In this document: positions 35,271 to 48,900 of the stretch, one piece after another
How the letters are laid out: every line of letters begins with the position of its first letter
How positions within the stretch are numbered: position 1 is the first letter of the stretch
NCBI RefSeq assembly: GCF_963676685.1
Contig: NC_092357.1
Span: forward strand, 26,660,001 to 26,724,000
Source: Mytilus edulis
Lineage: Eukaryota
DNA length: 64,000 nt
Direction: 5' to 3'
Made by a program: the position numbers and the translations under genes
Notes under the pieces: model-generated
Told to the model about the DNA's origin: nothing
Seen by the model: only the letters and a program-made list of their open reading frames with translations
Databases searched by the model: none

Positions 35271-36271
35271 TGTTCCGGACCATATGAGTATTTGGACCAT
35301 ACGCGTATGGTCATGACCATATGCGTATACTCATATGGTCCGACCGTACGCGTATGGTCGGACCATATGAGTATGATACTCGTTTGGTTATTAACGGGCC
35401 CGACCATATGTGTATTTTGACCATATAGGTATTTGTTTTTCATAATATGCATTAGAAAACTTTATATAAAACAATGATTTCTACATGCAATTGTATTATT
35501 TACAATTCAAATAGCATTACATAGTTATGCCAAAGCTGCTTTTCATCGCTAATGGTATTCTTGCTTGTATGCGTAGGGTGACATTTACTTCCATACGGTA
35601 CCATAGCTTTCCTTGGGTCCTTGGTCATTCCAATTTGTCTACGATGTTTTTTAAAAAGCTCTAGATCTCCAACATATAACAAAGCTTAAGTGCATCATAT
35701 CACCAGACAACTTAGAAAATTAAACTCGGGTCCTTGCCGGTTACATCATTCATTTTTAACAACCAAGCACGTATTAATATAAAAATTCGGAATATTGCAC
35801 TGCTAAATACATGCTAATTATATAAAGTTTCAAAAAAAGCAAATTATTAGACTCTTTATCCTGTCGACTTTTTTGTCAGTTTATAGTAAAACAATTGATT
35901 TCTTGTGTATCAGAGTTCATTAAGATATTTTTGGAAGTCATCTTCCCAGGTTGACGTTTTGCCATTCACTCGTAATAACATATCGAAAAATGAAAAAAAA
36001 AAATGTTTTTACTGTAGTTTTGACTAGTGATGAAATTTACTGTGGGAAACTGCTTATTTCATTTTGTTAATCTTGTGTTTTCTATAGATCTATAATAAAG
36101 TTACCTTTGGTAGTGTCTTTTTAATGACGCGACAACTAGAAGTAAACCTGTTAATTACCCCGACCATACGCGTACGGTTGGACCATACGCGTATGGTCGG
36201 ACCATAAGAGTATATACCCATATGGTCATGACCATACGCGTATGGTCCAAATACTCATATGGTCCGGAACA
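35271..36271. mobile_element. MITE with roughly 110-bp TIRs built from palindromic gaccatacgcgtatggtc units, in TA-repeat context
   Basis: tgttccggaccatatgagtatttggaccatacgcgtatggtc... / ...gaccatacgcgtatggtccaaatactcatatggtccggaaca. Confidence 0.9.
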
Positions 36272-39200
36272 TATATACATCAGATTCCTTTCATTCTACC
36301 GTGTTACAATGCTATTAATCCTTAAACCTAATGTGTAGTTTTTGTTACATTTGTAAAAACAATCGATGATTTGATGTTAAAAGATCAACTGTGGCTTACA
36401 GTTAGATGTATATTCAATTGTTTTGCTAAAAGATGTTAGATGTTGCCTTTAGCCAAACGTAACATACACCAGGTGTACTTATATACATATATTTATAGGT
36501 CGGATAAATTTTATAATTACTTAAGTGATTAACAATACAGCTAAAGTAAAAAAATACAGTTTTACAAATAGCGTAAGGTAACAAATTTATCAAATAAATA
36601 AATAAAAAAAATGCCTGACTTCTTCTTTCATTGCTTTATGATACCGTTTGTCTTTGATCGAAGTAATGCACGTTAATCTTTTCACAAATATGGAGGAAAT
36701 ATAAAATGCACCTTAAGAAAGGTAAGCATATGATGTTTTTGGAATCTACTTTTATTAACTAAACACTGTTAACTAAACTGAATGTTAACACAAATATTTA
36801 AATGAAATATATACAACAAACAGACTCAATAGGTAGAACAAAATATTTTAAAGAAAAGAGTTGCAATTCGTTGTTTCATGCATTTCACGTCATTGAACAT
36901 GTGAACAGATATGCACTTCAAAGCCTTCTTTTTTAACGTTTACAGTAAACATGCTGATATACCCTACAGTAATAGAAGTGTGATGCGATCATTAATATAG
37001 ATGTATACTTTTTTAGAAAAATAAGATGCCTAATGATTGCAAAAGAGCAAACTCCTCACAAGATACAAAATGACACAGACATAACACATCTATATATCAC
37101 CGTACGACCAATAAGAATTGTATACCATATAATTACATAGCTTTGAAAGGCTCCGAATCTACAAATGAAAACAATTCAAACGTCTTAATTTATGAAGATA
37201 ATATCGAGCAAAACACAAATATCTTACCAACAAACAGACAACAAGCACTGAACTCACTGACGGAAAAGAGGAGGGGCTTAATATGTATTCCGCGCCAATT
37301 CCTTTCTTAATTTCGAGACAGTGGTGCAACAAAAACAATACAATAACAGTACAAAATAACGCATTTTATCAACAACAACCGCCAACAACCATCCATACAA
37401 TTACAGGCTCCTGACTTCCGACAGGCACATATAGAATAGGTGATAGGTAATATAGAGAGGGTGGATATGTAAACGGATTTCAAACCCTACATGTAATATT
37501 GGTCAATGGTGGCACAGTACAAACAATAACAAACCATGAAAATCAGTTTGAAAATTCCTCACATATCAGATGGATACGAACAAATTCACCTAACATGCCT
37601 AACAAAAAACCATAGTGGAATTGACTGTGTACTTGTACATCCCCAAAGCAAAAGGACACTATCTTCAGATCAAAGAGTACACACAGCTCCTGACAGCTAA
37701 TTCAAAGCCAATTACAACACATGCAAGAAAGCCTGCATCAAATACAAATGTCTATAGATAACATCGGAAGATGTATACAATGTGCCAAAGAAGCCACATC
37801 ATATCTAAGTCATAATTCATAAATGTAAACCAATACAGGTTAAAGAACGGTCTTTATATGTAAGTGTCGGTAATAAAGTCCACAAATAACAAGAACCCCA
37901 CTACAAAATACAGAAGGCGGAAGTGTCATATCTAGTTATCAGGTTTTACAGAAAAAAAAACCACTTAAATATTTTTAAATAAACAGTATAACTTTGGATT
38001 CGGGAAATCAATCAATAAGTGTTGATATTTTCAGCCAAAAAATAAATACATATGTCTTGTCAGTGATTAAGACTCACTGTAAATCGAGAAAGATAACAGT
38101 GTTAAGATTCAGATAAAACAAAAACAGAATAAAATCATACAGATAATTGACCATAAACAAAACTGAAAATCACCGTCTGTTTCTAATTTCTTTTTTGTTT
38201 TTGAAACAAACGTTATTCACAAGATGATAATTTAAAAATTTTAATCTCATGCACTTTTTTTTTTTTTTTGGCATTTACTTTTATGATTAAAACAAACTGT
38301 ATGATGACTGCTCATGTTAAGAGCCAATCCGCCAGAAAACCATGCAATATTCAGAAAATCGTCCAAATCGACAATCACAACTTGACAAATTTTTATATAT
38401 CATCTCAATCCTTCACATAAAATAAAAAAAAATGGCTACTTAATTTTAGCCAGAATCATATCTATTTATAGTAACAGCCTCATTTGCATAATTATGTAAA
38501 TTCATTCGAAAACCAAGGAAAAATCCAACTTTTAATGCCTTTTAAGAACTACCCAGAAGCATATTAAATGGGGGAGTTGAGTTTTGTCAGCTGGAACCCA
38601 TTCATTTTACTATGTTCTGGTCGATACAAATGAAAATTTAAACTATTTGGCACATTGCCAGGAGCACGGACGCAAAGGCTAGATTTTTCATACATGAATT
38701 TACATGACTTTTACTTGCTTCTAACTTGCAAGACCCATTCCATATATGTTTGCAACTTATATTAGTTTTAATTATGGTGTATTTTTTATAATAGATTAAA
38801 ATATTAAGCTTGGCAAATGACTATTACATGTTAATTTTTGCCTTGGAAGAATGGTGATTTTAGTCCCAAATTGGCACATTTTGATTTTGATTTTAATTTA
38901 ATTCTTAATACAATTGTAATAAAATAGCTAATAAAATCATTTAAAAAAGTAAAATAAATGTGTCTAAAAATTTAAATAAGACGTTTTTGTACTGCAAGTG
39001 CAAAAATCAATAAATTGGCTGAAACCAGGGAGTACATCTTTTATGCTCTTCCATTGACTTATCTCCCTTGGGCAACATGTCAGCTCCCAGTGATGGACTT
39101 GGCAGACAAAGTTTACAGCGAAGTTTGCAACTTTAATAATCTAGGAGGACTATTTGGGCTATCCCAGCATTATGCATCTACATATTACAAACTATTTAAG

Positions 39201-39771
39201 ATATCTGAATGCACTAAAGAACAAAAGAATAATTACTACCAATGCAAGAATCTGCCAATCATGACAATAATTTACCAGACAATAATCATAACTTAGTGAA
39301 TAAACATGATGCAAACTATGGTGTAGAATTTCCAACAGGAGTCCTTGTTTTATATAAGACGAGGAGTGGTTTATTTTCCTATGGTTGTTATATCATCTCG
39401 TCTTAGACATGTTAGAATATGCTTGAAGTACAGGGACTTTTATGGAATTCATTGACATCATAGTCAAGCAAGATGTCAACATCACGTCCAACCGTCTTCC
39501 AGCAAAGCCAATTTGAAAGCTGACCAAGGATCTTCATCATTTCCTGACAGGGTGTATACAGGACGAGTCATTCCACTAGGATCAGGTACATTGTACAACT
39601 CTTAACAATCAATTTTCATAAGTAGTAGTACAACTTCTTAACAATCAATTGTTAGTTCTTTATACATGTATAAAGGCCGTTTAAGGGGATCTCATTGGGG
39701 GGTGTGGGGGGGTGGGGGGGGGGTGTGGTTCTGATCCCGGAACACCGCTTATACTATGCACCTAAGGGAGC

Positions 39772-40030
39772 TTCCATTTGATTTTTATGGGGGGGGGGGG
39801 GGCTAGGATGAAAATTTTTGTCCTGCATCTTTTTTTAGCTGTAATTTCTGTGCTGCCTTTTTATTTTTCACTCTGTTTGGTCCTGCCTTCTTTTTTTTTT
39901 AGTTTATCTTGACTTTTTTTACCTAAATTGTCGTCCTGACTTATTTTTTTGCAAGTGTCTCATCCTGCCTTTTTTTTTACTCAAACTCCTGTCCTGCCTA
40001 TTTTTTTCAAATTTCATCCTAGCCCCCTAA
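39772..40030. repeat. Small MITE-like repeat with gtcctgcc(t)n internal units
   Basis: ggggctaggatgaaa / tttcatcctagcccc inverted pair, with repeated gtcctgccttttt motifs between. Confidence 0.6.
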
Positions 40031-42269
40031 TGAGACCCACTATATAGTCAATCTGAAATTAGGGGACCAACATTTGATACAATAGCCAGATGAAAAAAGA
40101 ACAGAGGGAGTTGAAAGGGCATGTGAATATTCTTTTACACCTGACCTGTTCTAGGACATCTTATCTATTTCCCATTGCCAAGTGCAAACAAATAATATAC
40201 TGTAAATTGAGAAATTATTGTAATGTTTTTATTATAGCTAGAATGTGAAAGGGTAATCATGTAAAACATTTTTTTTTTGTAATTACAATTTAATTAAAAC
40301 TCACATTTTGAGTATTTTTTATATGAATCAAACAGGATATTTCTGAATATCTCAAAATTTAAATCACATTTCAGTCTTGAATTATAAAATCGCATTAATA
40401 AACCCATGCAACAGTTATATATTAAATGTATATATGGCGTGAGTCTTGGGACCATTTAATTACCAAAAAGAAAGGGGGAGGATTAAAATGGTCAAAATAT
40501 CCTTGTCAGCTAAGGACAGAATTTAAATTGTTAAGCTATTAACCAGGGTACAATATACATCATGTACATGTATATTAATTTTTTGCTTAAAAAAACAATT
40601 TATAGACCATAAGCATGATAAGCATGATAGTAATCAAAATTTATTTCAACATGTTCAACATTAAGTTTTTTTTCTCTTACCCTAAGTTTAATTTTAAGTT
40701 TTTAATGGAAGTTGTACATGTTCAGGTCTTTGTTTATTAAAAAAGCTTCTACCTGGTGGTAAAGCCTCATTCCAAAACATGTTTTACATACAACATTCTG
40801 TACATGAAACACTAGATAACTTTATCTAAAGAATAATCTTGTTTAATTATCTATTATACAATGTCAATGAATGTAGGCCATGGCGACTAAAATATCAAAA
40901 GCATTGCAAACTTTTATAAAGTTCAATTTTGGGACCTTACATGTACATTGATGTACATGTATGTATAAATGTATGAATTATATTTATAGAGCCCTTTTTA
41001 AAAGAAAAAAAAAAACATGCACAGTGATGCTACACTACCCTACAATTCCTGTGATACAAAATTGAAGAATTATTTTATAGTTTAACACTTTTCATTTGTA
41101 GGACTATTATCATGATAATAGATGCAGGCAATGCTGATGATTTTTGTGAATGTGACAATAGCCAGGTCAAACTAAATACATGTAAAGAACAAGATACTGG
41201 TAAGATATTATTAACCTATATATTAATTTAACTGTTTGGAAAATATGGTTATAATGACATACAAAGTATATACGTCATCACCTTTATAATAATTATACAT
41301 CAGTTTTATTGAACATGTCTTTGTTAACTTGGTTTTCCCATTGAAAAATCACTTTTATACTAATTCAATTTGTAGTAGGAATACATGTAGTACATTCGTA
41401 CATATATAGGGCGGTCCTATGTTTTGCATTCAACAACTATTACATTTTCAAGATGGCCACTAAGGATGGCAAAAAAAAAATCATCATCTTTATTTCCTGT
41501 CAGTGGTAAACATGTAAATGAAAAATATGAAAAAAAGTTGTATGATTGCCAATTAGAATAGATGACATACAACTTATATGTAAGCTACATTTATAAGTCT
41601 TCATATGCCATATGGCCTTCAACAATGCACAAGACCAATACTGCATATCTATTCAGCCATAAAAGGCCAAAAAATTAGAAAATGAAAAAATATGAAAGCT
41701 AACAGCCTGATCTATATATGTACATTTATGTTTTGTGATTTTCAGATCTAGACTCACAACTAACTGAACTTTACAGCAGTCAACATCAGATTGGAAGACT
41801 GATAATGCTTCTGACAGAAACAATTTCAATCACCAAACAAGTAACAGAAACTTTGCATCTTTAAAACACTACTTACATCTTCCATGGGATGATGTTCCAA
41901 AAAATAACAGTTCATCATTAATGAAGATTTTTATGTTATGGATTTTATTTTACAAGAAAGTTAATGTACACTTGTTTTTATAGTAAAACCTTGCTGTTCA
42001 AGTATCGAAAAAACATTTAACTTTATTGAAATTTGAAGATTCATATGACTTGTTTTAATTTTGTTATTTCTCAGGATGTCATGTAGAGGTACAGTCATGA
42101 CAGTAATCTAAACAGTTATTCAATTTCATTCAAAATTCTTTGAAAATTTGGCACTAGTAAATATAAACTGAAGTAATTTGTTTTTCGTCTAGTTATGGGA
42201 TTTTTATGGCCAGTAACAAAGTAGTCGGTGCCTTAAGTTTTACCCTTGTACTAAAATACCGATTTTCCG

Positions 42270-42927
42270 TAATTCCATAATTCAGTCATTCCGAAACAAA
42301 CCATTATACAGTGTTTTTTTCTAAACGCCATAGATATTGGCCTGATTTTTGGTATGTAAGTTGACTATGATGAGTTACAGATCAAGTATAAGTTTTGTTC
42401 CACTCCCCTAATTTCTGTTGAAATTACCCGCTATGGACTTTGATAAATTGTTGAAAATCACAGTTATATGCACTTTTTTCCTAAAGCTTTCAGATATTGG
42501 GCTGATTTTTGGTATGTGAGTTACAGATCAAGTTAAAGTTTCGTCATGCTACCCTAACATTTGCTGTAATTTCGGGCTTTGGACTTTGAAAAATTTTGGA
42601 AAATCAAAGTTACATGGACCTTTCTTCTATTAAAATGCTTTCAGATATTGGGCTGATTTTTGGTATGTGAGCTAACCATGATGAGTTACGTATCAAATTT
42701 AAGTTTCGTTCCGCTGTGTAATTTTTTCCAGAATTAAGGGTTTTAAACTTTGAAAATTGTTCAAAATTCACATTTATATGGTCATTTTTGTATATGCCTC
42801 CAGATTTAGAGCTGATTTTTTTATATGTGAGACAACCATCATGTTTGCATCCACATGTGTTATTGAAATTGCAGATTTTCAAATTTTTGAGACGTAGCCT
42901 TTCGTGTTGCTTTCACACATCTAGTTT
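42270..42927 (+). repeat. Helentron-associated tandem array (4 units of about 140-160 bp) with 3' end ...cacatctagtt
   Basis: cagatattgggctgatttttggtatgtgag recurs near 42330, 42490, 42641 and 42800. Confidence 0.7.
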
Positions 42928-43185
42928 AAGATACATTTATGATTATCATTTTTGTATTGACTACATTACAGTAGATGCATTTATGATTTTCATGTTTTTA
43001 TTGACCACATTGCAGCAACGTAGATATATAGGCACCTGGCAAATATTACCTTGTTAGAATACTAGGCTCAAAGGGCCATAAAAAAGTCCATCTCTTAGTG
43101 TCTGTTAAAATCATCTCTATATTGCAACTGTTTACAGTTTTCTTTTTTAAACCATTATTTTAATAACTTTAGAAGAAGTATCATA

Positions 43186-43187
43186 CA

Positions 43188-43246
<59 letters not shown>

Positions 43247-43379
43247 CTATATATATACAACTCGTCTTAACATCAACCCAACAATGTTAGATTTGGTTCT
43301 TCCCTCGCCGGGATTCGAACCAATGCTACTGTGATATCGTGACACCAAATCGCCTGCACTGCAGCATATATATATATAT
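43186..43379 (-). repeat. (TA)n microsatellite containing a tRNA-derived SINE fragment
   Basis: Long TA tract at 43186-43255; the minus strand has a B-box-like ggttcgaatcccggcgagggaa at about 43299-43322; TA tract resumes at 43367. Confidence 0.6.
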
Positions 43380-43474
43380 TGTAAAACTATCAAAATGTCA
43401 AGATCTTTTACTACCCAAAATTTTTCTGTAAAATTGGGACGTTACATCTATGAGCTATTGTCCCTGAAGTGTGT

Positions 43475-44057
43475 AAAGGAGTAGGTCCGGTAAGACCCCT
43501 TTTTGGCCCCAAAATATCACAGTTTTACAAAATTGTTAAAATGTAAACTTTAAGTTATTTATTGGACAGTTGAATGCTTCTGCTACATAAAAATGGGCTG
43601 TTTTTGACAATACAATTGACATATATCGGGTTGTAGCACCATTATGTCATGCTAAATTACTGAAATCTTCAATATTCTATCATTTTAGTTAAATTTTAGA
43701 CGGTTTCCGTGTTAAACGAAAGTGGCCACATTCGTGTTCATTCTTAATATTGAAATGTAAGTTGTATTTTATGATAATACATAACATATATAAAGGTTGT
43801 GGATGAACACAGATGCGACCACTTTCATTTTTGACAAAAACCATCTAAAAAGTGACGTTTTTGGCATATTTGAGAGATTTTGCATATTTGAGCATGAATC
43901 TGATTGTCTTAAATGACTAAATCAGTTAAAATATTTCACATTTACTAATTGAATCAAGTGAAATAGACACTTAAGTGTTTAAAAAGTGGTCAAAATCTTT
44001 CGTCAGATGAAACTGAAATGTGAGGCCAAAATGAGTCCTTACCGGACCTTCTCCTTT
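43475..44057. mobile_element. MITE of about 580 bp nested in the 6.66-kb element
   Basis: aaaggagtaggtccggtaag / cttaccggaccttctccttt inverted termini. Confidence 0.8.
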
Positions 44058-45628
44058 ACAAATTTTCAGAGTTTTCTGCTAATATCTGACAGCTATATCA
44101 ATATGATATAAGAAAATATTGCAAAAGTGGTCAGAAAAACTTATTTTTACAGTCTGAACTTATTCTGAATTGTTTTAAATTTATTGCTAATGAATTATGT
44201 GTTTTTTATCGTTTTGAGGTGCACAATTTGTCAATTTAAGCTATTTCGGCTCCTGGGAGCCTCTAGATTTGTAATGAATAATTTGTATTTGTATATGATT
44301 TTTTTCTTAATGTATTAAATGAAACATTAATTAATCTTTTCCTTTTGTTGTTATACTTATTTATAAATCCAGATCTTATAATATGTCAGATTTTAAAAAT
44401 TAGACGGCAAAATTGAGAACATTTGAATATGCAGGCTACCCCATTTTGTTGTGGCATATACTAGACACCAACATAATTTGCTGAGCTTAATATTTTTTTT
44501 TGATTGAGTATATATAGTTATACTTTGCAAGTAGATATGTTGTTTTACAATAATAAACGGGTCTTGGAGTATTTTGGCTCTTAAAGATGACCAAAATCAG
44601 CCATTTTGGAATTGAAGCTAAATAGAACATATTGAAACGGTTAGATTATACATACACTTTATAGACAGCATTGTTATTTCTATGCATTCTTACACTTAAA
44701 GTGATGTATTACTAGGAACAACTATCAAAAAATTATAAATGTTGCCATGTTTTTTTTATTTTAACCATCAAAATATGCCAAAAAGGCTTATTTTTGACGT
44801 TTTCAAGCAATTTCAGCTGTTTAAAGATGGCGCCTAAAAAAAATCAAGATCGGTTCAAAATTTCCAAAAAAAAATTTGTGTGGTTAATTACATCAATAAG
44901 GTGCACCAATGTGCCAAGTATGAACTCATTTGGCAAAATTGGCATTCGGACGGTTTTGCATGGTTTTCTGGCAGATTGGCTCTTAACATAAGTACTAAAA
45001 TGAAATATTTATAAGAGTCAGAAAAAATGCGCGAAGGCCAATATTTTAAGAAAAACCTTACGTTTATGATTAAAACAAACTGTAAGAGGATTACTAAGTT
45101 TTACAAAAGTATTAAAATGAAATATTTGTAAAAAAACCAGAAAAAATGCACGAAGGGCAATATATTAAAGATAAAACCCACAAGTCTTCGGGTTATTCAA
45201 TTACATATTTTGAAAACAAATTATCAGATGTGCACCTATATAAAGTCAGTGTCATTTTTTATATTATTGTAGAAAATCACTCATTGTTGAAAAGACATAT
45301 TATCCCAAGATAAACATTAAGATTTACAATGATACAACAAATATAATCCAAGCGTGTAAGGCTATCTTTTAAAGATACAACTATGTTTATATGCACTTCT
45401 AGCGATAACACTCAGCGTGGTGGAAGAAAATAAACGTTGGTTAACTTAAAATGAAATAAAACAAAACAAAAATAGAACCGAAGCATGCTGATATATCCAT
45501 TACAGAACAAATCTTACTATTAATGGAGAAAACCGATCAGCAGAAATAGAGGACGATTTTATGAAAGCAATTACAATGAAATAGAACCTTAGCGTGCAGG
45601 GATATCGTTCATAGATAAATTGTGTCTG

Positions 45629-45989
45629 ATAAAATTGAGAATGGAAATGGGGAATGTGTCAAAGAGACAACAACCCGACCAAATAAAAAACAACAGCAGA
45701 AGGTCACCAACAGGTCTTCAATGTAGCGAGAAATTCCCGCACCCGGAGGCGTCCTTCAGCTGGCCCCTAAACAAATATATACTAGTTCAGTGATAATGAA
45801 CGCCATACTAATTTCCAAATTGTACACAAGAAACTAAAATTAAAATAATACAAGACTAACAAAGGCCAGAGGCTCCTGACTTGGGACAGGCGCAAAAATG
45901 CGGCGGGGTTAAACATGTTTGTGAGATCTCAACCCTCCCCCTATACCTCTAACCAATGTAGAAAAGTAAACGCATAACAATACGCACAT
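45629..45989 (-). repeat. Copy of the abundant retroposon-like repeat
   Basis: Reverse complement of the 21910-22285 family (ataaaattgagaatggaaatggggaatgtgtc...). Confidence 0.85.
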
Positions 45990-48900
45990 ATAGACGTTTT
46001 ATAGAAAATACAAATGAAAATGTACATTTGCATTGCTGACATACTTATTTTCAAACATTTCAATCTATTTTAACAGAAACAATATACTTATAAACGAATA
46101 CTTTTTAAATTATGTTTGGGGAAATCGTCGAGCTATCCACAGTTAGTCTGAAATATATTTAATTGTGACCGTCCTTCTGTAACATATGCACACCCTAAAC
46201 TCACTTCTGGTGGTAGTATAGTATTGTTAATATATTTTAAGATATTTACGGTTTATCTAATTTCATATTTAAATTGTTTTTCCTTGGTGATTAATGATTT
46301 GAAACATTCAGATTTAAACATGTCAAATTGTAAACAAAATAAGATTTTTATGAATATTAAACACTTCTAAAAAAGGTGAGTGTTGTGAAATATTTGATTT
46401 TTCAAAGTGTAACCCACATTTTGATTGTCATTATGATTAGATTAGAGTATTAAGCATATTTGATTACAAAACCAAGTATAAAGATATGTAATGAAATCAA
46501 GGTTGTCTTTTTGTTAATATGTATTTCTCATATCGTCAAGCAAATCTAGTTCGCAATATAATTTTAAGTTTTAAAAACAAACACCTGTGGATTAATTTTT
46601 TTTCACTTTGAGTATAGCTTATTGGGAATTGCTTGGATATTTTATTTCATTTAATGGTTTTGCAAATAGATTTTAAAAAATTGACCATTCGTTGAAAATT
46701 TTAATTCGTGGTATGCCTATTACCATCAAAGCCATTGCATTTGAAATTCTTTTAACATTTATGAACCACAGTATATTTCATTTCACATTGTGATAGCCTT
46801 ATGATTATCTAATGTAACCCGAAATGACAGTAACCCCTAGTGTTTCGTACTGCAAAATATATTTTTCAAAACCATAATTTGTATAAACAAACAGAGAATA
46901 ATAGTTGTTATGTAAATCTATGGATATCCTAAAACTACATTACTAAGTTATAACGATTTAATTTCATTACTGCATCTGTTATCTGCGTATCGGATGGATG
47001 TTACTTATACATGATTTATATCAGGGTGTCAGATTTTATCTTCAATCATTTACCAGATATTTCTGTCTAGGTGAATGACATTAAAGGTGTTTTTAATGAT
47101 TTTCTGTTTATCCATCTTCAAAAGTAAAAGTTAAAACGTAAAACTGTATTGAAAACTTAGATTCTTAAACGCCCTTGACGAATACACTTTTAAGTATGCA
47201 ATGGTATAAGTTCTGAATTATCATTATCTTCCTTGTAAGTTAAGCAAATCCACACAACTTTAATTTGCAACTTTTGTGTATTTGTGTTTTTCCAATAATT
47301 ATGATATGGAAAAAGAGTTGCTCAAACAAAACCAGAAAACACACCAAACAAACATTTCCAATGATTTTTTTTTCAACATTTGAATTTTTGAACAAAACGT
47401 GACAATTGGTACAGTCAGCATACATTCTGGTTTTTATATGATAACAAACATATATGATTAAATAAATTCTGAAGTGAAATGGAATGTATTTAGTTTTTTG
47501 TGATCCTAAGATATACAGTTTTGATTCTACTTGATAACTCAGACATGTTGTAAGCAATCTGAATAATTATAAAAATGTTATCAAATATTTCTTAAACTTT
47601 AAATCAGATGATAATTGTATTGATAATTGTATTTCATTAAACACGAGAAGATTTTTAAAATGATACTAACTGCTGTTTACATGAAAACCATTAACCTCCG
47701 TATTAAGCATGATAAGTAGAAATTTTACATAGCCACATGCTATACATAAAATCCCTCAGCTATACATTCTAAATTAAAAAAAAATTGGGCGATTTCATAC
47801 AGTGACTCAAAAAGTAAATGTTAAATAATTATCTTTAATTCCACTTTTTTTTTATTATAGGAGTATACTGCATCAATCATTATGTGCATTTTGAATGTGT
47901 TATGAAATAGTATATACACATGTGCATGTTTAGAGAAATTGTTTTAAACAAAATGTCATTCACAATAATAAAACATTTCTTGCGTAAGTCTCCTATTTTT
48001 CTATTTTGTTCTTTTTCAATTTAACACTATTGTACACTTTTATTGCGTAAATAAGACATTTTATACGAATATTGAATTTCATTTATGTTGTGTAGTTGTG
48101 AAACATATTATTTGAAATCATGGACCGCTATTTTCGAGTTATAACGCAACAGAATATGAGGTAACTGATATAAATTAAAATCAGGTCCCACTATTTCCGA
48201 ACTCTTTTGCAATAATATTCAGTGTTTATATTGTAACAGTTTTTTTTAAAATTATAAGTTAATGACCAGGTATACATTTTGTTTGTTCCTTCACATAACT
48301 GTAACACATGTTGTTACATAGAACATTCTTGGTACAATTATTTTGTGTATAAGATGCTACATCTTCTACCCTTCACCCATAAGTAAGCTTTTCTCTTTTA
48401 CCCGAACATTGCCTACCAAATTAAATAAGACATACCAACTTTGTTTTTTTTTCTACATTGTAATTGCGTTTTCAATTTATTTTCGACTTATGACCGTGTT
48501 TCTACCTGAAGTAATTCTTTGCCCCACTTCCAGGCCTAGTGCATTTGAGAATTTTGTAGTATTCCTCAGCCTGATACGACTTAATAATTACATAGAGGTT
48601 AGATACCGCGTCCAACACTTTATTGCATTTAAAAAGAACGGCTACATATTAGAATTGCAGCTACTTATTAATCATTTGTATAAACAACTGTTAAAAAGGT
48701 TTTCCGTATAGATCGCCAGACAGATTACAGAGTTAACTTTTTTTTTAAATTCAAACGATTTATGAAGGTATATAACTTTTGAATATACGATTATCGGACC
48801 AACAATACCTAGTGGATTTAATTTTACAAGCAGATGCTACAATGATACGATAGAAATTCTATTTTATTCAATAGTCATTACAATTAATCCATTTGCCAAT

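Larger units (their letters stand above)
38321..44982. mobile_element. 6.66-kb Kolobok-type DNA transposon (decayed/non-autonomous) with nested repeats
   Basis: 27-bp TIR gagccaatccgccagaaaaccatgcaa / ttgcatggttttctggcagattggctc (1 mismatch); TTAA at 38317-38320 and 44983-44986. Confidence 0.85.

Noticed and set aside
35271-35410. Short palindromic repeats resembling a CRISPR array
   Set aside because: No unique spacers; the array is mirrored at 36160-36271 as a TIR; eukaryotic context with no cas genes.
43299-43366. Possible tRNA gene
   Set aside because: Only a B-box/T-arm-like piece; no complete cloverleaf seen. Treated as a SINE fragment.
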